From positions 124,001 through 188,000 of IMG/VR virus record IMGVR_UViG_3300009158_000031: a stretch of 64,000 nt of DNA, one strand, 5' to 3'. A model generated the notes under the pieces. It was not told where the DNA came from. It ran no database searches and was given only the letters and a program-made list of their open reading frames with translations. This document shows, piece by piece, positions 56,746-64,000 of this stretch. The position numbers were made by a program, and so were the translations under genes. The stretch's first letter is position 1, and every line of letters begins with the position of its first letter.

Positions 56746-57040
56746 AGAAAACCTGCTTACTCAAGGTGAATATAACCCAGGTACAGAAAATACTGATCTA
56801 GAAAAGATTCGTTTTTTTCGTTCTACTTGGAAAAATTTCTTCGACTACTGGAAGGCTAGAGGTGTAGAAACCGATCCTTATGAAGGTACAGAGATGGAAT
56901 ATCCTACTAAAAAAGTACAAGATAAACCAACTTTACCATATCAGGACTTTGGCACTTACGACAAATCTAGTAAAAATCAGAAGCTATCTGAAAGTTTCAA
57001 TGATTTCCAAAAAGAAGAAGATAATTCAATCGAAGAGTAA
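56729..57040 (+). CDS. Hypothetical protein (GTG start)
   Basis: 103-aa ORF. Confidence 0.5.
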   Translation: MQKPNKENLLTQGEYNPGTENTDLEKIRFFRSTWKNFFDYWKARGVETDPYEGTEMEYPTKKVQDKPTLPYQDFGTYDKSSKNQKLSESFNDFQKEEDNSIEE

Positions 57041-57057
57041 GTACATATAATTAATAT

Positions 57058-57285
57058 ATGTCATACCGAGAATTAATCCCAAATTCAAATTTTTCTAATC
57101 CTCTTAACGAATTAATGTTTAAATTCATGGATCGTTTAGATATGGATGCTCGAGATCGAGAGATCTTCGAGGATTTGGCGTTATTCATTTATCATGAAGG
57201 TAAATTAAAAGGTGCAGAAGAGTACTTAAACGAAATAACTGAAATTAAATTAATAGATAATGGAGAAAACAAAACAGCCGATTAA
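57058..57285 (+). CDS. Hypothetical protein
   Basis: 75-aa ORF. Confidence 0.55.
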   Translation: MSYRELIPNSNFSNPLNELMFKFMDRLDMDARDREIFEDLALFIYHEGKLKGAEEYLNEITEIKLIDNGENKTAD

Positions 57286-58441
57286 CGGCTTACCTACTAT
57301 TGGATTGAGCATCATTGTAAAAAATGAATCCAAAGTAATTGAAAGAATGCTCAATACCGTGCATCCTATACTTGATTACTATTGTGTAATTGATACTGGA
57401 TCTACTGATGGAACGCAAGATATTATTCGCAAATTCTTTGAAGAAAAAGGAATACCCGGTGAAGTAATCGAACATCAATGGGTTAATTTCCAAGATGCTC
57501 GTAATACGGCAATGAATGCCGTAAAAGGTAAAGTAGATTTTGGATTTTGGATAGATGCCGATGAACAATTAACATACGATCCAAGATTTAATTTAATGGC
57601 TTTGAAAATGAGTCTAGCTAAAATCGATGGTGGAAATGTAAAAGTAACTTATGGTGATCAGAATTATTACCGTATGCAATTCTTTCGAACTAATAAACCA
57701 TGGTATTGGTATGGTCCAGTCCACGAGGTTCTTATTAGTGATGAACCACTAATATCAAATGAAGTTCCTGGTCTTGGTGTCCTAGTTACTCCTGATGGTA
57801 ATTCATGGACTTCTGAATCGGTACAATCTAAATATGAAGGTCATGCTAAAATCCTAGAAGATTACGTAGCAAATGATCCCAAGAAAGATCCTCGTTGGTT
57901 ATTCTATTTAGCTCAATCATATAGAGATGCTAATGGTGAAGAAAACCTAAAGAAATCTCTTGGATGGTATACTAAACGTGCTGAAACGCTTAGTGGATTT
58001 TGGGAAGAGGTTTATTATTCAGGTTTAATGGCTGCAACTATTAAAGCTCAATTAAAACATCCAACATCAGAAATTATCGAAGATTATCTTAAGATAGGTA
58101 AAACTAATATCTTCCGTTGTGAACACCTAGTTCCCATCATTATGCATTATCAAGCAATAAAAGAATTTGATATTGCATACATATTCTCATCACATGCAAT
58201 GAAATATGCCGGTAAGAATCCATTCCCTAAAGCAACTTTATTCATCGATAAAAACACTTACAATTGGAAGATTTTTGATCTTCATTGTTTAAGTTGTTTC
58301 TATTCTGGTCGTAAAGAAGAAGGCGAACAAGCATTTAGAAAATTGCTTAAAGCTAAAGAGAAAGGACTTATCCCACAAACGGAATTAGCTAGAATTGAAC
58401 AAAACCGTCAATGGTTTATTAAAGCAAAAAATGGAAAGTAA
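57260..58441 (+). CDS. GT2 glycosyltransferase with TPR repeats
   Basis: LSIIVKNESKVIERML, DTGSTDGT, FQDARN, WIDADE, WYGPVHE; TPR-like PRWLFYLAQSYRD..WYTKR..EEVYYS. Confidence 0.9.
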   Translation: MEKTKQPINGLPTIGLSIIVKNESKVIERMLNTVHPILDYYCVIDTGSTDGTQDIIRKFFEEKGIPGEVIEHQWVNFQDARNTAMNAVKGKVDFGFWIDADEQLTYDPRFNLMALKMSLAKIDGGNVKVTYGDQNYYRMQFFRTNKPWYWYGPVHEVLISDEPLISNEVPGLGVLVTPDGNSWTSESVQSKYEGHAKILEDYVANDPKKDPRWLFYLAQSYRDANGEENLKKSLGWYTKRAETLSGFWEEVYYSGLMAATIKAQLKHPTSEIIEDYLKIGKTNIFRCEHLVPIIMHYQAIKEFDIAYIFSSHAMKYAGKNPFPKATLFIDKNTYNWKIFDLHCLSCFYSGRKEEGEQAFRKLLKAKEKGLIPQTELARIEQNRQWFIKAKNGK

Positions 58442-58658
58442 AATGAAGCTTAACAAAAGAGAAGATATTAAAGTAGCTATGTGGATAAATGAAGAGCTGG
58501 TTACTAATGATTCTAATATTGTGTATGCTGAAATTGAAGAAAACGACCTTTTCTTGTTAATAAAAACCGAGTCAAAAGATTATAAATTTAAAATATCCAA
58601 ATATGAAAACATTAAAGAAAATGAACCTGAAAGGGGAAATGGAGTACAAGAGAGTTAA
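58431..58658 (+). CDS. Hypothetical protein
   Basis: ATG 58431 overlaps the end of the GT gene. Confidence 0.4.
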   Translation: MESKMKLNKREDIKVAMWINEELVTNDSNIVYAEIEENDLFLLIKTESKDYKFKISKYENIKENEPERGNGVQES

Positions 58659-58818
58659 TGACTCTGAAGGAAACAATCTTACACGAGTTGGATGGAACTT
58701 CTGTCCTAAAACTGAGTGGAAAGAAAATGTAAGAGATTTCGGTAAAACGAAAGAAGAAATCACTAAGGTTGATAAACCTAAGAAAGAAAAGAAGATTAAA
58801 AAGGAGAAAGTCGCTTAA
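58603..58818 (+). CDS. Small basic hypothetical protein
   Basis: MKTLKK..YKRVND..GWNFCPKTEWK. Confidence 0.6.
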   Translation: MKTLKKMNLKGEMEYKRVNDSEGNNLTRVGWNFCPKTEWKENVRDFGKTKEEITKVDKPKKEKKIKKEKVA

Positions 58819-58864
58819 TTGCGGCTTTTGCCGTTTTAACCATCGAGGATTGAATATATATTAC

Positions 58865-60178
58865 ATGAAAAGATTATTAAAGTATAAAGACTTTGTTGAA
58901 GTTTTAAGCGAAGGTGCTAGACTTCAAGCATTGGTCGATGATCTTCCTTTGTTTGAAGGTGGTGCATACGGTCACCTATCACATCCTTTCGAAGACATGA
59001 ATTTGACTATGGCAGATTTGCATACGATGATACAAGATACTGTTAATGGATCTTTTGGTCCTGAGAATTTTGTTCAAGAGAAAACTGATGGTCAGCAAAT
59101 ATCAATATCTTGGAAGGATGGTAAATTGATTGCGGCAAGAAATAAAAGTCATCTAAAGAATGCTGGCGAAGCCGCATTAGATTCTTCTGGTATTGCTTCT
59201 ATGTTTGCTGGTCGTGGTGATATCGAAATTGCCTATAATGCAGCAATGGAAGATCTTCAAAAATCTATTGGCGGTTTATCAGATAAAGATAAATTAGCCT
59301 TCTTTGCTAATGGTAAGAAATTCGTTTCATTAGAAGTTATTACGCCTATCACACAAAATACAGTTCCTTATGGTCAAAATATGCTTGTATTCCATGGAGT
59401 ACTTGAATATGATGAATCCGGAAATGTTATCGATGAAGATAAACAAGCTGCTAGAAATCTTGGTAAATCAATTGCTGATGCGAATCTAGCTGCACAGAAA
59501 ATGTTCTTTGTTAGAGGACCTCAAGATATGGATATTAAACCATTTCCTAATACCGCAAAAAGATCTTCATATTACGAAAAGAAATACAACGAAATCCTTA
59601 CTACTTGTGGATTAACTGATGCATCTACCGTATTTGATTATGCAATAGGTATGGCTAGATTAGTACTTGAAGAAGAAGCTAAATCTGCAAAGGTTGAAAT
59701 CCCTGCATCTGCAATCGATGGTTTGGCTGCACGTATAGCAGATATTAATAAGTCTTTTTCGGTTTCGTTAATCAAGAAAGAACTTGGTGATAATGCTGAT
59801 TGGTATTTTGATCTAGAAAAGAAAAGTGCCAAACAACTTAAACGTAAAATTTATGCTCCTCTTGAATCGCTTTTCCTTGAAATAGGAACAGAATTCATGA
59901 AGAATATGTCTACCTTCCTATCTGCAAATCCTACGGAAGCAGCCGAAGCAATGAAAAATGAAATTGATTCTACTATCGCAAAGATTCGTACAAATGGTGA
60001 CGAAAAAGACGTAGAAAAATTAGAACACGAATTAACTAGAGTTACTGCTGCTGGTGGTGTCGAAGGATTGGTTCCTACTGAAGGAATTACATTCGTTTAT
60101 AAAGGTAAACTTTATAAGTATACTGGAATTTTCGCTCCACTACATCAAATACGCTCTATTTTAGCTTATAAAAAATAA
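58865..60178 (+). CDS. CTS-bearing ligase-like (covalent nucleotidyltransferase) protein
   Basis: True start ATG 58865: MKRLLKYKDFVEVLSE..LFEGG; GHLSHPFED; QEKTDG (KxDG motif I); PTEGITF..YKYTG (motif IV/V-like). Confidence 0.62.
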   Translation: MKRLLKYKDFVEVLSEGARLQALVDDLPLFEGGAYGHLSHPFEDMNLTMADLHTMIQDTVNGSFGPENFVQEKTDGQQISISWKDGKLIAARNKSHLKNAGEAALDSSGIASMFAGRGDIEIAYNAAMEDLQKSIGGLSDKDKLAFFANGKKFVSLEVITPITQNTVPYGQNMLVFHGVLEYDESGNVIDEDKQAARNLGKSIADANLAAQKMFFVRGPQDMDIKPFPNTAKRSSYYEKKYNEILTTCGLTDASTVFDYAIGMARLVLEEEAKSAKVEIPASAIDGLAARIADINKSFSVSLIKKELGDNADWYFDLEKKSAKQLKRKIYAPLESLFLEIGTEFMKNMSTFLSANPTEAAEAMKNEIDSTIAKIRTNGDEKDVEKLEHELTRVTAAGGVEGLVPTEGITFVYKGKLYKYTGIFAPLHQIRSILAYKK

Positions 60179-60191
60179 AAACAAAGTAATT

Positions 60192-60368
60192 ATGCAAAAG
60201 TACGAAGAAATCAAAACTTTAATCTCATCAATCGATGGTGACGTAGACAAATTTTATAATAAAGGAAATAAGTCTGCTGGAACTCGTATCCGTAAAGCTA
60301 TGCAAGATTTGAAAAAACTTGCTCAAGACTTACGTGTTGATGTTCAAGAATCGAAAAGTGCTGAGTAA
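60192..60368 (+). CDS. Histone H1-like protein, Hc1 family (58 aa, not in track)
   Basis: MQKYEEIKTLISSIDGDVDKFYNKGNKSAGTRIRKAMQDLKKLAQDLR; KF..KGNK.AGTR.RK is the Hc1/Bacteroidota histone-H1-like signature. Confidence 0.85.
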   Translation: MQKYEEIKTLISSIDGDVDKFYNKGNKSAGTRIRKAMQDLKKLAQDLRVDVQESKSAE

Positions 60369-60374
60369 TCCTAA

Positions 60375-60830
60375 ATGACCGGATTGTTCAAAATTAATGA
60401 AGATTCTGCCTTTGGACCGGGAATGATGTTTGGCATCCCTGGTCCTGGTCCAAAAGCGGATTCTCCAAAACAACCTTCTGATAAAAAGAAGGAAAAAGGA
60501 ATTACCCCGAAACAAATGAAGAAGACTATACCATCATTCAAAAAATTTAACGAAGGTTTTGCTTACGTTAAAGATCCTTTCAGAGAAGGTGAAAGGATGT
60601 TCAGTAAAGATATTAAAATAGACAATGTTGCTGTTATTAATATCAATGGTTCTATTGATGGATTAGATGCTACACACACAGCAATCGTATCCGTTATAAC
60701 TAGTACTATGGATAACTTCGGCGAAGATCTTGGTAAAGAACGAATCATATTAACACAAAAAGATTTTACCACTAAAGCAGAGGCTGAAAGCTTTTTGAAG
60801 AAAATTGAAAAAGAAATTATCTACAAATAA
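60375..60830 (+). CDS. Hypothetical protein with N-terminal FKINE and internal CTS-like IPSFKKFNE
   Basis: Sequence motifs as stated. Confidence 0.55.
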   Translation: MTGLFKINEDSAFGPGMMFGIPGPGPKADSPKQPSDKKKEKGITPKQMKKTIPSFKKFNEGFAYVKDPFREGERMFSKDIKIDNVAVININGSIDGLDATHTAIVSVITSTMDNFGEDLGKERIILTQKDFTTKAEAESFLKKIEKEIIYK

Positions 60831-61417
60831 TGAAGAAATTTAAAGAATTCGTTACAGATATTCTGATATTTGAAAAGATTGATGGAAAGGAAGTTTGTAT
60901 ATTTCCTGGACGTTTTCAACCTTTTCATAATGGACATATTGAAGCAATACATCGAACAGCAAAAGCTTTCGGAGTTCCTGTTATCCCGGTACAAATCAAA
61001 TCAAAGAACGAAAATTCACCTTTCCCAGATTCTCTTCTAGAAAAGATTGGTAAGGCCATGATTAAAGAATTTCCTTTCATTGAAGATTATGTACTTTATC
61101 CTCCTGATAAGAAAACTGTAGTACCTCAAATGGTTAAATTCCTTCAAGAAAAGGGTTATGATCCAATTGGTATTGGTTGTGGAAGTGATCGTTTAAGAGA
61201 TTATGAACGTCAAGTTGAATATCTAACATCACCGAAATCGGATGTTCAAGTTAATAAATTTTCGGTTGCAATGGTTGATGAACGAAGAGCCGATGGTCCT
61301 TCAGGAACAAGAGTTCGTGAAGCACTTATGAATGATGATAAAGAGGCATTCGAAAAAGCTACACCAAGATCACTACATCCTTTCTATAAAGAGCTACAAA
61401 AATACCTTAAAAAATAA
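60830..61417 (+). CDS. CTS-bearing HIGH-superfamily (cytidylyl/adenylyl) nucleotidyltransferase
   Basis: MKKFKEFVTDILIFE; FPGRFQPFHNGH (HxGH); GSDR; SGTRVRE. Confidence 0.85.
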   Translation: MKKFKEFVTDILIFEKIDGKEVCIFPGRFQPFHNGHIEAIHRTAKAFGVPVIPVQIKSKNENSPFPDSLLEKIGKAMIKEFPFIEDYVLYPPDKKTVVPQMVKFLQEKGYDPIGIGCGSDRLRDYERQVEYLTSPKSDVQVNKFSVAMVDERRADGPSGTRVREALMNDDKEAFEKATPRSLHPFYKELQKYLKK

Positions 61418-61433
61418 AAATCATAATATAAAT

Positions 61434-62957
61434 ATGAAACCTATTAAAAACTACAACGAATTCATTAATGAAGCATGGATTGGTCCATTCGTATTCAATG
61501 AAGACATGACCGATGATGAACTAAAGGCTATATACCAAGGTGCATTAGATGGATTTGCTTATTGGCAAAAAGGATTTGAATATCCAAAAGCCGATTACAA
61601 AAAGGCATATACTGAAATTGGAAAGATTCTAAAGAAAAGAGGAGTTAATGTTGATGAATCTGTTAATGAAGGATCTAACGACGAAATGGTAAAACGGAGT
61701 TGTGTCGAAAGACTTTCTCAATTCTTTAGAGTTAGTCCAAACGCATTATCACATTTCAAATTTGATGGAACCGATAACATTAAAGCTTTAACAAAAGCTC
61801 TTAATTCTACATCAGATGAAGGAACCGAGGCATACTATAAAGTAGCAATCCGAGTTGGAAAACAAGATGCCGGTATCGAAGAATCTATCGAGGAATCAGC
61901 TAAATGTCCTCCTATATACATTCCGGTATTATCTAATATCGATCATACTAGAATAATCAAATGGATGGATATTCATTTTGATAGTCATAAATGGGATATG
62001 AAGAAATCCGGTGCTGGTTTTGAAATCGATGTTGAAAAACTATCTAGTCAAGAACAAGATGATTTATTAAAATATTTACACTCACAAGATTATTTAGAAG
62101 AATCTGTTAATGAAGCTTGGAGTAATATAGACACCGACAAAGCTGCCGATCTAATCAATAAAGAAATTGGAGTTAATCCTGGTTATTTCTTTATTGGCGA
62201 TGAAGATTTATGCATCAAATTTGATAAATTATGGACTGAAAAGAAATACAAAGTAGCTCTTAATATGTTATTTTTTATTGAAAATCTAAAAGATCTTAAA
62301 GACTTCATAAAACAAAACCAAAACGAATCGGTTAATGAAGCAGTATCACCAGAAGTACATCGTATGGTTAATAAATTTGTAACCGGTATGGCTGATAAAT
62401 ATGATTATTCTTTACAAGATGCAGTTTATGCAATACTAGACGTTTTAAAAAGTCAAAAATATAAAGGATTAAAAGAATCTGTTAATGAAGGTGAAACTTT
62501 AATATTTGATGAGATCGGAGAAAACCTAACCAAACTTCAGGATCAAATAGATGCAATGCTTAAATGGGAAATCACCGATCAAAAATGGATCGTTGCACTT
62601 AAAACAATTCAATCTGCCTGTTCTAAATTGGAAGATACTGTCGCTAAAGCTGATCAGAAATTAGGTGCTATTGAATATAATGAATCCATTAGTGAAGGTC
62701 TTTTAAAATTAGATGAAGGTGCTGTTAAACAATTTGAGATCGATTATAAAGACATGGAAAGTAGTATCAAACGAGGTATTGGTTGGATTGATCCTGAATA
62801 TGTGGCTGAAACTTGGGAGAATTCTTCAGATACTATTGATTATGAAATAGTTAGAAATGAAATTCTTACTCGTCTAATTAAAGCCGATCTTCTTTATACA
62901 TCACTAGATGGAGAAACTAAAGGTAAAAGAATTACCAACATAAGTCAAATTAAATAA
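61434..62957 (+). CDS. CTS-bearing multi-module polyprotein with ES(V/I)(N/E/S)E linkers
   Basis: True start ATG 61434: MKPIKNYNEFINE; linkers DESVNE, EESIEE, EESVNE, NESVNE, KESVNE, NESISE. Confidence 0.75.
   Translation: MKPIKNYNEFINEAWIGPFVFNEDMTDDELKAIYQGALDGFAYWQKGFEYPKADYKKAYTEIGKILKKRGVNVDESVNEGSNDEMVKRSCVERLSQFFRVSPNALSHFKFDGTDNIKALTKALNSTSDEGTEAYYKVAIRVGKQDAGIEESIEESAKCPPIYIPVLSNIDHTRIIKWMDIHFDSHKWDMKKSGAGFEIDVEKLSSQEQDDLLKYLHSQDYLEESVNEAWSNIDTDKAADLINKEIGVNPGYFFIGDEDLCIKFDKLWTEKKYKVALNMLFFIENLKDLKDFIKQNQNESVNEAVSPEVHRMVNKFVTGMADKYDYSLQDAVYAILDVLKSQKYKGLKESVNEGETLIFDEIGENLTKLQDQIDAMLKWEITDQKWIVALKTIQSACSKLEDTVAKADQKLGAIEYNESISEGLLKLDEGAVKQFEIDYKDMESSIKRGIGWIDPEYVAETWENSSDTIDYEIVRNEILTRLIKADLLYTSLDGETKGKRITNISQIK
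61656..62490 (+). repeat. 16-bp linker repeats gaatc(t/g)gttaatgaag at 61656, 62100, 62325 and 62475
   Basis: Three identical copies and one with a single substitution; degenerate copies at 61881 and 62682. Confidence 0.92.
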
Positions 62958-63859
62958 TGCTAAAATTTAATCAATTTGTTAACCTGATTCTTAATGAAGG
63001 AGGTAATGCGATTGAGGATGCTCGTCCTATTTTGCAATCTGAAATAGATGCAACGTATGCATATGTTATTAAAAACATATATCCTCTTATTGGTCTTGCC
63101 GAAGATTTTGCTAAACCAATAGGATCTTTTAAGAAAAAAGCACCTGATCAAACATCTGGTGATATCGATATTGCCGTTCTTGCTGATAGAATTGCCGGAG
63201 AAAATGGAATTGATTTATCTCAGGTTCTTGAATTCATCGCATCTAAATTGAGTGATTATTCTCCGGTCGTTAGTAAAGGGTTTCAACAAGTTTCTATAGG
63301 TGTTCCAATTGAAGGTGATAAGAAAAAAGGTATTGCACAAATTGATTTGATGCTAACAGATAATCTGAATTTTTCCTCCTTCATGTATCATTCACCAGAC
63401 TTTACTCAAGCAGAATCCAAATATAAAGGACTTTACCGTAATATTCTACTAATGAATATCATTAGCAATTCGAAACGAGAAACTACCAAGCTAACCGACA
63501 AAGGTGAAATTGAAGAATATCGTTCATATGTACTTCGTCTAAATCAAGGTGTTGTTGCGGTAACCAAATCGTTTATAGGTAAGAAAGGGTTAGTTAAGAA
63601 TCCTACATTACTCAACGATCAAGATAAATTTATGTCTAATACTCCAGAAGTTATTGCGGAATTGGCATTCGGTCCGGATGTTCCCATTTCAGAAATAATG
63701 ACTTTTGAAGATACTTGGAGACATACAATGGATTCTAAATTTATTCACCAAGATAAATTAGATGCAATTCTAAAAGATTTCAGAACTAGATTACTTGCTG
63801 CTAAAGTTCCTTTCCCTATTGAATGTGTAGAACAATACCCAAATATATTTACATCATGA
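62957..63859 (+). CDS. CTS-bearing DNA polymerase beta-superfamily nucleotidyltransferase
   Basis: MLKFNQFVNLILNEGGNA; PIGSFKKK..SGDIDIAV (GS..DxD); AQIDLM. Confidence 0.8.
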   Translation: MLKFNQFVNLILNEGGNAIEDARPILQSEIDATYAYVIKNIYPLIGLAEDFAKPIGSFKKKAPDQTSGDIDIAVLADRIAGENGIDLSQVLEFIASKLSDYSPVVSKGFQQVSIGVPIEGDKKKGIAQIDLMLTDNLNFSSFMYHSPDFTQAESKYKGLYRNILLMNIISNSKRETTKLTDKGEIEEYRSYVLRLNQGVVAVTKSFIGKKGLVKNPTLLNDQDKFMSNTPEVIAELAFGPDVPISEIMTFEDTWRHTMDSKFIHQDKLDAILKDFRTRLLAAKVPFPIECVEQYPNIFTS

Positions 63860-64000
63860 TGTTAAAATACAATCAATTCGTTCAATGGTTAAATGAATCA
63901 GCTATGGCTCCAGTTGAATGGAATGAGAAGCCTAAATATCGAGTACAATTTCTTAGTTTCTTAGAAGATAAAAATAAAGAACTTATAATTGATGGTAAAT
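63856..64000 (+). CDS. CTS-bearing protein, 3'-truncated by the window edge
   Basis: MMLKYNQFVQWLNESAM.. starts at an ATGA overlap with the previous stop. Confidence 0.65.
   Translation, partial: MMLKYNQFVQWLNESAMAPVEWNEKPKYRVQFLSFLEDKNKELIIDGK

Noticed and set aside
61332-61433. ORF-track start sites at 9434, 19158, 37192, 46393, 58395, 58769 and 61332
   Set aside because: Downstream ATGs (9455, 19224, 37243, 46474, 58431, 58865, 61434) restore CTS or signal-peptide N-termini and remove overlaps with promoters or upstream genes.
1-64000. Stop-codon reassignment, as in some jumbo phages
   Set aside because: Core genes are full-length under the standard code, and TAG/TGA act as real stops (for example TAG-ATG at 45491-45496 and ATGA overlaps).
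1-64000. tRNA genes, self-splicing introns or inteins
   Set aside because: No cloverleaf was found in the intergenic gaps by eye. TerL and both topoisomerase subunits are uninterrupted and of normal size. tRNAscan was not run.

Overview
This window is part of a large, AT-rich, T4-like (contractile-tailed) jumbo phage genome. All credible genes are on the + strand and the genetic code is standard. The host is almost certainly a Bacteroidota bacterium: there are TAnnTTTG -7 promoter elements, no Shine-Dalgarno sequences, a type IX secretion (T9SS) C-terminal sorting domain and an Hc1-type histone-like gene. Core modules are neck, terminase, tail sheath and tube (1-8.8 kb), topoisomerase II (21-24 kb), and tail chaperone plus tape measure (25-30 kb). 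The accessory content is the most interesting part. (i) About 17-19 genes start with a T4-like capsid-targeting sequence (CTS), MK..(T/K)(F/Y)..F(L/I)NE. They include a 10-gene tandem array, a 7-module ESVNE-linked polyprotein, a glycosyltransferase, a ParB-like domain and three different nucleotidyltransferase folds. (ii) An 8-gene cell-surface module encodes a T9SS-sorted cohesin/dockerin scaffold, a dockerin-lectin protein, a CsgG-like protein and a beta-barrel with a Ser/Thr-rich stalk. (iii) Two rare-sugar pathways are present: an antibiotic-type 2,6-dideoxy-4-acetamido sugar route and a GDP-colitose route with four glycosyltransferases. (iv) Seven early promoters share an invariant 49-bp architecture. 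There is also a probable tail-chaperone frameshift and a gene enclosed by a long-range inverted repeat. All family assignments come from motif recognition by eye; no database searches were run.
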